A stretch of DNA of 64,000 nt from Eledone cirrhosa (taxonomy: Eukaryota). Below are positions 41,001-53,400 of the stretch, one piece after another. The notes under the pieces were generated by a model that worked only from the letters and a program-made list of their open reading frames with translations, had not been told where the DNA came from and searched no databases. Both the position numbers and the translations under genes were made by a program. The stretch lies in assembly GCA_964016885.1 (NCBI GenBank), contig OZ024746.1, positions 52,948,001-53,012,000 of the forward strand, read 5' to 3'. The stretch's first letter is position 1. The number at the start of each line of letters is the position of its first letter.

Positions 41001-44000
41001 GATGGTAGTGTTGTTGTTGTTATTCTAGTTAGTGGTTGCTGTGATGGTAGTGTTGTTGTTGTTGTTATTGTAGATAGTGGTTTCTGTGATGGTAGTGTTG
41101 TTGTTGTTATTGTAGTTAGAGATTGCTGAGATGGTAGTGTTGTTGTTGTTGTTATTGGTTGCTGTGATGTTAGTGTTGTTGTTGTTATTGTAGTTAGTGG
41201 TTGTTGTGATGGTAATGTTGTTGTTGTTGTTATTGTAGTTAGTGTTCGTTGTGATGGTAGTGTTGTTGTTGTTGTTGTAGTTAGTGGTTGATGTGATGTT
41301 AGTGTTGTTATTTTTATTGTAGTTAGTGGTTGTTGTGATGGTAGTGTTGTTGTTGTTGTTGTTGTTGTAGTTAGTAGTTGATGTGATGGTAGTGTTGTTG
41401 TTGTTATTGTAGTTACTGGTTGTTGTGATGGTAGTGTTGTTGTTGTTATTGTAGTTAGTGGTTTCTGTGATGGTAGTGTTGTTGTTGTTGTTATTGTAGT
41501 TAGTGGTTGCTGAGATGATAGTGTTGTTGTTGTTGTTATTGTAGTTAGTGTTTGCTGAGTTGGTAGTGTTGTTGTTGTTGTTATTGTAGTTAGTGGTTTC
41601 TGTGATGGTAGTGTTGTTGTTGTTGTTATTGTAGTTAGTGGTTGCTGTGATGGTAGTGTTGTTGTTGTTGTTATTGTAGTTAGTGGTTGCTGTGATGGTA
41701 GTGTTGTTGTTGTTATTGTAGTTAGTGGTTGCTGAGATGGTAGTGTTGTTGTTGTTGTTGTAGTTAGTAGTTGCTGTGATGGTAGTGTTGTTGTTGTTGT
41801 TATTGTAGTTAGTGGTTGCTGAGATGGTAGTGTTGTTGTTGTTGTTGTAGTTAGTGGTTGATGAGATGGTAGTGTTGTTGTTGTTATTGTAGTTAGAGGT
41901 GGCTGAGATGGTAGTGTTGTTGTTGTTGTTATTGTAGTCAGTGTTTTCTGTGATGGTAGTGTTGTTGTTGTTGTTATTGTAGTTATAGGTTGCTGTGATG
42001 GTAGTGTTGTTGTTGTTATTCTAGTTAGTGGTTGCTGAGATGATAGTGTTGTTGTTGTTGTTATTGTAGAAGGTGGTTTCTGTGATGGTAGTGTTGTTGT
42101 TGTTGTTATTGTAGTTAGTGGTTGCGGAGATGGTAGTGTTGTTGTTGTTGTTATTGTAGTTAGAGTTTGCTTAGATGGTAGTGTTGTTGTTGTTGTTGTA
42201 GTTAGTGGTTGATGTGATGGCAGTGTTGTTGTTGTTATTGTAGTTAGTGGTTGGTGTGATGGTAGTGTTGTTATTGTTATTGTAGTTAGTGGTTGTTGTG
42301 ATGGTAGTGTTGTTGTTATTGTTATTGTAATTAGTGTTGTTGTTGTTATTGTAGTTAGTGGTTGCTGAGATGGTAGTGTTGTTGTTGTTTTTATTGTACT
42401 TAGTGGTTGCTTAGATGGTAGTGTTGTTGTTGTTGTTATTGTAGTTAGTGGTTTCTGTGATGGTAGTGTTGTTGTTGTTATTGTAGTTAGTGGTTGCTGA
42501 GATGGTAGTGTTGTTGTTGTTATTGTAGTTAGTGGTTGCTGAGATGGTAGTGTTGTTGTTGTTTTTATTGTAGTTAGTGGTTGCTGAGATGGTAGTGTTG
42601 TTGTTGTTGTTATTGTAGTTAGTGGTTTCTATGATGGTAGTGTTGTTGTTGTTGTTATTGTAGTTAGTGGTTGCTGAGATGATAGTGTTGTTGTTGTTGT
42701 TATTGTAGTTAGTGGTTGCTGAGATGATAGTGTTGTTGTTGTTGTTATTGTAGTTAGTGGTTGCTGAAATGGTAGTGTTGTTGTTGTTGTTATTGTAGTT
42801 AGTGGTTGCTGAGATGATATTGTTGTTGTTGTTGTTATTGTAGTTAGTGGTTGCTGAGATGGTAGTGTTTTTGTTGTTGTTATTGTAGTTAGTGGTTTCT
42901 GTGATGGTAGTGTTGTTGTTGTTGTTATTGTAGTTAGTGGTTGCTGAGATAGTAGTGTTGTTGTTGTTGTTATTGTAGTTAGTGGTTGCTGAGATGGTAG
43001 TGTTTTTGTTGTTGTTATTGTAGTTAGTGGTTGCTGAGATGGTACTGTTGTTGTTGTTGTTATTGTAGTTATTGGTTTCTGTGATGGTAGTGTTGTTGTT
43101 GTTGTTATTGTAGTTAGTGGTTGCTGAGATGGTAGTGTTGTTGTTGTTGTTATTGTAGTTAGTGGTTTCTGTGATGGTAGTGTTGTTGTTGTTGTTATTG
43201 TAGTTAGTGGTTGCTGTGATGGTAGTGTTGTTGTTGTTATTCTAGTTAGTGGTTGCTGTGATGGTAGTGTTGTTGTTGTTGTTATTGTAGTTAGTGGTTG
43301 CTGAGATGGTAGTGTTGTTGTTGTTGTTATTGTAGTTAGTGGTTGCTGAGATGGTAGTGTTGTTGTTGTTGTTATTGTAGTTAGTGGTTGCTGTGATGGT
43401 AGTGTTGTTGTTGTTATTGTAGTTAGTGGTTGCTGAGATGGTAGTGTTGTTGTTGTTTTTATTGTAGTTAGTGGTTGCTGTGATGGTAGTGTTGTTGTTG
43501 TTGTTATTGTAGTTAGTGGTTGCTGAGATGGTAGTGTTGTTGTTGTTGTTATTGTAGTTAGTGGTTGCTGAGATGGTAGTGTTGTTGTTGTTGTTATTGT
43601 AGTTAGTGGTTGCTGAGATGGTAGTGTTGTTGTTGTTGTTATTGTAGTTAGTGGTTTCTGTGATGGTAGTGTTGTTGTTGTTGTTATTGTAGTTAATGGT
43701 TGCTGCGATGGTAGTGTTGTTGTTGTTATTGTAGTTAGTGGTTGCTGTGATGGTAGTGTTGTTGTTGTTGTTATTGTAGTTAGTAGTTTCTGTGATGGTA
43801 GTGTTGTTGTTGTTATTGTTATTCTAGTTAGTGGTTGCTGTGATGGTAGTGTTGTTGTTGTTGTTATTGTAGTTAGTAGTTTCTGTGATGGTAGTGTTGT
43901 TGTTGTTATTGTAGTTAGTGGTTGCTGTGATGGTAGTGTTGTTGTTGTTGTTATTGTAGATAGAGGTTGCTGAGATGGTAGTGTTGTTGTTGTTGTTGTT

Positions 44001-45999
44001 ATTGTAGTTAGTGATTGCTGTGATGGTAGTGTTGTTGTTGTTGTTATTGTAGATAGAGGTTGGTGAGATGGTAGTGTTGTTGTTGTTGTTATTGTAGTTA
44101 GTGGTTGCTGAGATGATAGTGTTGTTGTTGTTGTTGTTATTGTAGTTAGAGGTTGCTCTGATGGTAGTGTTGTTGTTGTTATTCTAGTTAGTGGTTGCTG
44201 TGATGGTAGTGTTGTTGTTGTTGTTATTGTAGTTAGAGGTTGCTGAGATGTTAGTGTTGTTGTTGTTTTTATTGTACTTAGTGGTTGCTGAGATGGTAGT
44301 GTTGTTGTTGTTGTTATTGTAGTTAGTGGTTTCTGTGATGGTAGTGTTGTTGTTGTTATTGTAGTTAGTGGTTGCTGAGATGGTAGTGTTGTTGTTGTTA
44401 TTGTAGTTAGTGGTTGCTGAGATGGTAGTGTTGTTTTTGTTTTTATTGTAGTTAGTGGTTGCTGAGATGGTAGTGTTGTTGTTGTTGTTATTGTAGTTAG
44501 TGGTTTCTGTGATGGTAGTGTTGTTGTTGTTGTTATTGTAGTTAGTGGTTGCTGAGATGATAGTGTTGTTGTTGTTGTTATTGTAGTTAGTGGTTGCTGA
44601 GATGATAGTGTTGTTGTTGTTGTTATTGTAGTTAGTGGTTGCTGAGATGGTAGTGTTGTTGTTGTTGTTATTGTAGTTAGTGGTTGCTGAGATGATAGTG
44701 TTGTTGTTGTTGTTATTGTAGTTAGTGGTTGCTGAGATGGTAGTGTTTTTGTTGTTGTTATTGTAGTTAGTGGTTTCTGTGATGGTAGTGTTGTTGTTGT
44801 TGTTATTGTAGTTAGTGGTTGCTGAGATAGTAGTGTTGTTGTTGTTGTTATTGTAGTTAGTGGTTGCTGAGATGGTAGTGTTTTTGTTGTTGTTATTGTA
44901 GTTAGTGGTTGCTGAGATGGTAGTGTTGTTGTTGTTGTTATTGTAGTTATTGGTTTCTGTGATGGTAGTGTTGTTGTTGTTGTTATTGTAGTTAGTGGTT
45001 GCTGAGATGGTAGTGTTGTTGTTGTTGTTATTGTAGTTAGTGGTTTCTGTGATGGTAGATTTGTTGTTGTTGTTATTGTAGTTAGTGGTTGCTGTGATGG
45101 TAGTGTTGTTGTTGTTGTTATTGTAGTTAGTGGTTGCTGAGATGGTAGTGTTGTTGTTGTTGTTATTGTAGTTAGTGGTTGCTGAGATGGTAGTGTTGTT
45201 GTTGTTGTTATTGTAGTTAGTGGTTGCTGTGATGGTAGTGTTGTTGTTGTTGTTATTGTAGTTAGTGGTTGCTGAGATGGTAGTGTTGTTGTTGTTGTTA
45301 TTGTAGTTAGTGGTTGGTGAGATGGTAGTGTTGTTGTTGTTGTTATTGTAGTTAGTGGTTGCTGAGATGGTAGTGTTGTTGTTGTTGTTATTGTAGTTAG
45401 TGGTTGCTGTGATGGTAGTGTTGTTGTTGTTGTTATTGTAGTTAGTGGTTGCTGAGATGGTAGTGTTGTTGTTGTTGTTATTGTAGTTAGTGGTTGCTGT
45501 GATGGTAGTGTTGTTGTTGTTGTTATTGTAGTTAGTGGTTGCTGAGATGGTAGTGTTGTTGTTGTTGTTATTGTAGTTAGTGGTTGCTGAGATGGTAGTG
45601 TTGTTGTTGTTGTTGTTATTGTAGTTAGTGGTTGCTGAGATGGTAGTGTTGTTGTTGTTGTTATTGTAGTTAGTGGTTGCTGAGATGGTAGTGTTGTTGT
45701 TGTTGTTATTGTAGTTAGTGGTTGCTGAGATGGTAGTGTTGTTGTTGTTGTTATTCTAGTTAGTGGTTGCTGTGATGGTAGTGTTGTTGTTGTTATTGTA
45801 GTTAGTGGTTGCTGAGATGGTAGTGTTGTTGTTGTTTTTATTGTAGTTAGTGGTTGCTGTGATGGTAGTGTTGTTGTTGTTGTTATTGTAGTTAGTGGTT
45901 GCTGAGATGGTAGTGTTGTTGTTGTTGTTATTGTAGTTAGTGGTTGCTGAGATGGTAGTGTTGTTGTTGTTGTTATTGTAGTTAGTGGTTGCTGAGATG

Positions 46000-46740
46000 G
46001 TAGTGTTGTTGTTGTTGTTATTCTAGTTAGTGGTTGCTGTGATGGTAGTGTTGTTGTTGTTGTTATTGTAGTTAGTGGTTGCTGAGATGGTAGTGTTGTT
46101 GTTGTTGTTGTTATTGTAGTTAGTGGTTGCTGAGATGGTAGTGTTGTTGTTGTTGTTATTGTAGTTAGTGGTTGCTGTGATGGTAGTGTTGTTGTTGTTA
46201 TTGTAGTTAGTGGTTGCTGAGATGGTAGTGTTGTTGTTGTTTTTATTGTAGTTAGTGGTTGCTGTGATGGTAGTGTTGTTGTTGTTGTTATTGTAGTTAG
46301 TGGTTGCTGAGATGGTAGTGTTGTTGTTGTTGTTATTGTAGTTAGTGGTTGCTGAGATGGTAGTGTTGTTGTTGTTGTTATTCTAGTTAGTGGTTGCTGT
46401 GATGGTAGTGTTGTTGTTGTTGTTATTGTAGTTAGTGGTTGCTGAGATGGTAGTGTTGTTGTTGTTGTTGTTATTGTAGTTAGTGGTTGCTGAGATGGTA
46501 GTGTTGTTGTTGTTGTTATTGTAGTTAGTGGTTGCTGTGATGGTAGTGTTGTTGTTGTTATTGTAGTTAGTGGTTGCTGAGATGGTAGTGTTGTTGTTGT
46601 TTTTATTGTAGTTAGTGGTTGCTGTGATGGTAGTGTTGTTGTTGTTGTTATTGTAGTTAGTGGTTGCTGAGATGGTAGTGTTGTTGTTGTTGTTATTGTA
46701 GTTAGTGGTTGCTGAGATGGTAGTGTTGTTGTTGTTGTTA
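46000..46740. repeat. 360-bp (8-monomer) tandem duplication in a highly homogeneous tract
   Basis: TTCTAG at 46021/46381, TTTTATTG at 46241/46601 and a 48-bp monomer recur at offset 360. Confidence 0.8.
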
Positions 46741-47804
46741 TTGTAGTTAGTGGTTGCTGAGATGGTAGTGTTGTTGTTGTTGTTATTGTAGTTAGTGGTT
46801 TCTGTGATGGTAGTGTTGTTGTTGTTGTTATTGTAGTTAATGGTTGCTGCGATGGTAGTGTTGTTGTTGTTATTCTAGTTAGTGGTTGCTGTGATGGTAG
46901 TGTTGTTGTTGTTGTTATTGTAGTTAGTAGTTTCTGTGATGGTAGTGTTGTTGTTGTTATTGTAGTTAGTGGTTGCTGTGATGGTAGTGTTGTTGTTGTT
47001 GTTATTGTAGATAGAGGTTGCTGAGATGGTAGTGTTGTTGTTGTTGTTATTGTAGTTAGTGATTGCTGTGATGGTAGTGTTGTTGTTGTTGTTATTGTAG
47101 ATAGAGGTTGCTGAGATGGTAGTGTTGTTGTTGTTGTTATTGTAGTTAGTGGTTGCTGAGATGATAGTGTTGTTGTTGTTGTTGTTATTGTAGTTAGAGG
47201 TTGCTGAGATGGTAGTGTTGTTGTTGTTATTCTAGTTAGTGGTTGCTGTGATGGTAGTGTTGTTGTTGTTGTTATTGTAGTTAGAGGTTGCTGAGATGTT
47301 AGTGTTGTTGTTGTTGTTATTGTAGTTAGTGGTTGCTGAGATGGTAGTGTTGTTGTTGTTGTTATTGTAGTTAGAGGTTGCTGAGATGGTAGTATTGTTG
47401 TTGTTATTGTAGTTAGTGGTTGTTGTGATGGTAGTGTTGTTGTTGTTTTTGTAGTTAGTGGTTGTTGTGATGGTAGTGTTGTTGTGGTTGTTGTGATGGT
47501 AGTGTTGTTGTTGTTATTGTAGTTAGTGGTTGTTGTGATGGTAGTGTTGTTGTTGTTATTGTAGTTAGTGGTTGTTGTGATGGTAGTGTTGTTGTTGTTG
47601 TTGTAGTTAGTGGTTGTTGTGATGGTAGTGTTGTTGTTGTTGTAGTTAGTGGTTGATGTGATGGCAGTGTTGTTGTTGTTATTGTAGTTAGTGGTTGTTG
47701 TGATGGTAGTGCTGTTGTTGTTGTTGTAGTTAGTGGTTGGTGTGATGGTAGTGTTGTTGTTGTTGTTGTAGTTAGTGATTGCTGAGATGGTAGTGTTGTT
47801 ATTG

Positions 47805-49700
47805 TTATGGTAGTGTTGTTGTTGTTGTTGTAGTTAGTCGTTGTTGTGATGGTAGTGTTGTTGTTATTGTTATTGTAGTTAGAGGTTGCTGTGATGGTAG
47901 TGTTGTTGTTGTTATTCGAGTTAGTGGTTGCTGTGATGGTAGTGTTGTTGTTATTATTGTAGTTAGAGTTTGCTGAGATGGTAGTGTTGTTGTTGTTATT
48001 CTAGTTAGTGGTTGCTGTGATGGTAGTGTTGTTGTTGTTGTTATTGTAGATAGTGGTTTCTGTGATGGTAGTGTTGTTGTTGTTATTGTAGTTAGAGATT
48101 GCTGAGATGGTAGTGTTGTTGTTGTTGTTATTGGTTGCTGTGATGTTAGTGTTGTTGTTGTTATTGTAGTTAGTGGTTGTTGTGATGGTAATGTTGTTGT
48201 TGTTGTTATTGTAGTTAGTGTTCGTTGTGATGGTAGTGTTGTTGTTGTTGTTGTAGTTAGTGGTTGATGTGATGTTAGTGTTGTTATTGTTATTGTAGTT
48301 AGTCGTTGTTGTGATGGTAGTGTTGTTGTTGTTGTTGTTGTAGTTAGTAGTTGATGTGATGGTAGTGTTGTTGTTGTTATTGTAGTTACTGGTTGTTGTG
48401 ATGGTAGTGTTGTTGTTGTTGTTGTAGTTAGTGGTTGATGTGATGGCAGTGTTGTTGTTGTTATTGTAGTTAGTGGTTGTTGTGATGGTAGTGCTGTTGT
48501 TGTTGTTGTAGTTAGTGGTTGGTGTGATGGTAGTGTTGTTATTGTTATTGTAGTTAGTGGTTGTTGTGATGGTAGTGTTGTTGTTATTGTTATTGTAATT
48601 AGAGGTTGCTGTGATGGTAGTGTTGTTGTTGTTATTGTAGTTAGTGGTTGCTGAGATGGTAGTGTTGTTGTTGTTTTTACTGTACTTAGTGGTTGCTGAG
48701 ATGGTAGTGTTGTTGTTGTTGTTATTGTAGTTAGTGGTTTCTCTGATGGTAGTGTTGTTGTTGTTATTGTAGTTAGTGGTTGCTGAGATGGTAGTGTTGT
48801 TGTTGTTATTGTAGTTAGTGGTTGCTGAGATGGTAGTGTTGTTGTTGTTTTTATTGTAGTTAGTGGTTGCTGAGATGGTAGTGTTGTTGTTGGTGTTATT
48901 GTAGTTAGTGGTTTCTGTGATGGTAGTGTTGTTGTTGTTGTTATTGTAGTTAGTGGTTGCTGAGATGATAGTGTTGTTGTTGTTGTTATTGTAGTTAGTG
49001 GTTGCTGAGATGGTAGTGTTTTTGTTGTTGTTATTGTAGTTAGTGGTTTCTGTGATGGTAGTGTTGTTGTTGTTGTTATTGTAGTTAGTGGTTGCTGAGA
49101 TGATAGTGTTGTTGTTGTTGTTATTGTAGTTAGTGGTTGCTGAGATGGTAGTGTTTTTGTTGTTGTTATTGTAGTTAGTGGTTTCTGTGATGGTAGTGTT
49201 GTTGTTGTTGTTATTGTAGTTAGTGGTTGCTGAGATAGTAGTGTTGTTGTTGTTGTTATTGTAGTTAGTGGTTGCTGAGATGGTAGTGTTTTTGTTGTTG
49301 TTATTGTAGTTAGTGGTTGCTGAGATGGTAGTGTTGTTGTTGTTGTTATTGTAGTTATTGGTTTCTGTGATGGTAGTGTTGTTGTTGTTGTTATTGTAGT
49401 TAGTTGTTGCTGAGATGGTAGTGTTGTTGTTGTTATTATTGTAGTTAGTGGTTTCTGTGATGGTAGATTTGTTGTTGTTGTTATTGTAGTTAGTGGTTGC
49501 TGTGATGGTAGTGTTGTTGTTGTTATTCTAGTTAGTGGTTGCTGTGATGGTAGTGTTGTTGTTGTTGTTATTGTAGTTAGTGGTTTCTGTGATGGTAGTG
49601 TTGTTGTTGTTATTGTAGTTAGTGGTTGCTGAGATGGTAGTGTTGTTGTTGTTGTTATTGTAGTTAGAGGTTGCTGTGATGGTAGTGTTGTTGTTGTCAT
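47805..49700 (-). other. Repeat-derived ORF (631 aa, mucin-like Thr-rich); probably not an independent gene
   Basis: From the ORF track. The start is an ATA>ATG point variant within a monomer and the stop arises from a 22-bp deletion junction. There is no signal peptide or non-repeat domain. Confidence 0.1.
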
Positions 49701-50459
49701 TGTAGTTAGTGGTTTCTGTGATGTTAGTGTTGTTGTTGTTGTTATTGTAGTTAGTGGTTGCTGAGATGGTAGTGTTGTTGATGTTGTTATTGTAGTTAGT
49801 GGTTGCTGAGATGGTAGTGTTGTTGTTGTTGTTATTGTAGTTAGTGGTTGCTGTGATGGTAGTGTTGTTGTTGTTATTGTAGTTAGTGGTTGCTGAGATG
49901 GTAGTGTTGTTGTTGTTTTTATTGTAGTTAGTGGTTGCTGTGATGGTAGTGTTGTTGTTGTTGTTATTGTAGTTAGTGGTTGCTAAGATGGTAGTGTTGT
50001 TGTTGTTGTTATTGTAGTTAGTGGTTGCTGAGATGGTAGTGTTGTTGTTGTTGTTATTGTAGTTAGTGGTTGCTGAGATGGTAGTGTTGTTGTTGTTGTT
50101 ATTGTAGTTAGTGGTTTCTGTGATGGTAGTGTTGTTGTTGTTATTGTAGTTAGTGGTTGCTGCGATGGTAGTGTTGTTGTTATTCTAGTTAGTGGTTGCT
50201 GTGATGGTAGTGTTGTTGTTGTTGTTATTGTAGTTAGTAGTTTCTGTGATGGTAGTGTTGTTGTTGTTATTGTAGTTAGTGGTTGCTGTGATGGTAGTGT
50301 TGTTGTTGTTGTTATTGTAGATAGAGGTTGCTGAGATGGTAGTGTTGTTGTTGTTGTTATTGTAGTTAGTGATTGCTGTGATGGTAGTGTTGTTGTTGTT
50401 GTTATTGTAGATAGAGGTTGCTGAGATGGTAGTGTTGTTGTTGTTGTTATTGTAGTTAG

Positions 50460-53400
50460 TGGTTGCTGAGATGATAGTGTTGTTGTTGTTGTTGTTATTG
50501 TAGTTAGAGGTTGCTGAGATGGTAGTGTTGTTGTTGTTCTTATTGTAGTTAGTGATTGCTGTGATGGTAGTGTTGTTGTTGTTGTTATTGTAGATAGAGG
50601 TTGCTGAGATGGTAGTGTTGTTGTTGTTGTTATTGTAGTTAGAGGTTGCTGAGATGGTAGTGTTGTTGTTGTTATTCTAGTTAGTGGTTGCTGTGATGGT
50701 AGTGTTGTTGTTGTTGTTATTGTAGTTAGAGGTTGCTGAGATGTTAGTGTTGTTGTTGTTGTTATTGTAGTTAGTGGTTGCTGAGATGGTAGTGTTGTTG
50801 TTGTTGTTATTGTAGTTAGAGGTTGCTGAGATGGTAGTATTGTTGTTGTTATTGTAGTTAGTGGTTGTTGTGATGGTAGTGTTGTTGTTGTTGTTGTAGT
50901 TAGTGGTTGTTGTGATGGTAGTGTTGTTGTGGTTGTTGTGATGGTAGTGTTGTTGTTGTTATTGTAGTTAGTGGTTGTTGTGATGGTAGTGTTGTTGTTG
51001 TTATTGTAGTTAGTGGTTGTTGTGATGGTAGTGTTGTTGTTGTTGTTGTAGTTAGTGGTTGATGTGATGGTAGTGTTGTTGTTGTTATTGTAGTTAGTGG
51101 TTGTTGTGATGGTATTGTTGTTGTTGTTGTAGTTAGTGGTTGATGTGATGGCAGTGTTGTTGTTGTTATTGTAGTTAGTGGTTGTTGTGATGGTAGTGCT
51201 GTTGTTGTTGTTGTAGTTAGTGGTTGGTGTGATGGTAGTGTTGTTGTTGTTGTTGTAGTTAGGTGATGCTGAGATGGTAGTGTTGTTGTTGTTATTGTAG
51301 TTAGTGGTTGCTGAGATGGTAGGGTTGTTGTTGTTATTGTAGTTAGTGGTTGCTGAGATGGTAGTGTTGTTGTTGTTATTGTAGTTAGTGGTTGCTGAGA
51401 TGGTAGTGTTGTTGTTGTTTTTATTGTAGTTAGTGGTTGCTGAGATGGTAGTGTTGTTGTTGTTGTTATTGTAGTTAGTGGTTGCTGAGATGGTAGTGTT
51501 GTTGTTGTTATTGTAGTTAGTGGTTGTTGTGATGGTAGTGTTGTTGTTATTGTTATTGTAGTTAGAGGTTGCTGTGATGGTAGTGTTGTTGTTGTTATTG
51601 TAGTTAGTGGTTGCTGAGATGGTAGTGTTGTTGTTGTTTTTATTGTAGTTAGTGGTTGCTGAGATGGTAGTGTTGTTGTTGTTGTTATTGTAGTTAGTGG
51701 TTGCTGAGATGGTAGTGTTGTTGTTGTTATTGTAGTTAGTGGTTGCTGAGATGGTAGGGTTGTTGTTGTTATTGTAGTTAGTGGTTGCTGAGATGGTAGT
51801 GTTGTTGTTGTTATTGTAGTTAGTGGTTGCTGAGATGGTAGTGTTGTTGTTGTTTTTATTGTAGTTAGTGGTTGCTGAGATGGTAGTGTTGTTGTTGTTG
51901 TTATTGTAGTTAGTGGTTGCTGTGATGGTAGTGTTGTTGTTGTTATTGTAGTTAGTGGTTGCTGAGATGGTAGTGTTGTTGTTGTTATTGTAGTTAGTGG
52001 TTTCTGTGATGGTAGTGTTGTTGTTGTTATTGTAGTTAGTGGTTGCTGAGATGGTAGTGTTGTTGTTGTTATTGTAGTTAGTGGTTGCTGAGATGGTAGG
52101 GTTGTTGTTGTTATTGTAGTTAGTGGTTGCTGAGATGGTAGTGTTGTTGTTGTTATTGTAGTTAGTGGTTGCTGTGATGGTAGTGTTCTTGTTGTTATTG
52201 TAGTTAGTGGTTGCTGAGATGGTAGTGTTGTTGTTGTTATTGTAGTTAGTGGTTGCTGAGATGGTAGTGTTGTTGTTGTTGTTATTGTAGTTAGAGGTTG
52301 CTGTGATGGTAGTGTTGTTGTTGTTATTGTAGTTAGTGGTTGCTGAGATGGTAGGGTTGTTGTTGTTATTGTAGTTAGTGGTTGCTGAGATGGTAGTGTT
52401 GTTGTTGTTATTGTAGTTAGTGGTTGCTGTGATGGTAGTGTTCTTGTTGTTATTGTAGTTAGTGGTTGCTGAGATGGTAGTGTTGTTGTTGTTATTGTAG
52501 TTAGTGGTTGCTGAGATGGTAGTGTTGTTGTTGTTGTTATTGTAGTTAGAGGTTGCTGTGATGGTAGTGTTGTTGTTGTTATTGTAGTTAGTGGTTTCTG
52601 TGATGGTAGTGTTGTTGTTGTTATTGTAGTTAGTGGTTGCTGAGATGGTAGGGTTGTTGTTGTTATTGTAGTTAGTGGTTGCTGAGATGGTAGTGTTGTT
52701 GTTGTTATTGTAGTTAGTGGTTGCTGAGATGGTAGTGTTGTTGTTGTTGTTATTGTAGTTAGAGGTTGCTGTGATGGTAGTGTTGTTGTTGTTATTGTAG
52801 TTAGTGGTTTCTGTGATGGTAGTGTTGTTGTTGTTATTGTAGTTAGTGGTTGCTGAGATGGTAGGGTTGTTGTTGTTATTGTAGTTAGTGGTTGCTGAGA
52901 TGGTAGTGTTGTTGTTGTTATTGTAGTTAGTGGTTGCTGTGATGGTAGTGTTCTTGTTGTTATTGTAGTTAGTGGTTGCTGAGATGGTAGTGTTGTTGTT
53001 GTTATTGTAGTTAGTGGTTGCTGAGATGGTAGTGTTGTTGTTGTTGTTATTGTAGTTAGAGGTTGCTGTGATGGTAGTGTTGTTGTTGTTATTGTAGTTA
53101 GTGGTTTCTGTGATGGTAGTGTTGTTGTTGTTATTGTAGTTAGTGGTTGCTGTGATGGTAGTGTTGTTGTTGTTATTGTAGTTAGTGGTTTCTGTGATGG
53201 TAGTGTTGTTGTTGTTATTGTAGTTAGTGGTTGCTGAGATGGTAGTGTTGTTGTTGTTATTGTAGTTAGTGGTTGCTGAGATGGTAGTGTTGTTGTTGTT
53301 GTTATTGTAGTTAGTGGTTGCTGAGATGGTAGTGTTGTTGTTGTTGTTATTGTAGTTAGTGGTTGCTGTGATGGTAGTGTTGTTGTTGTTGTTATTGTAG

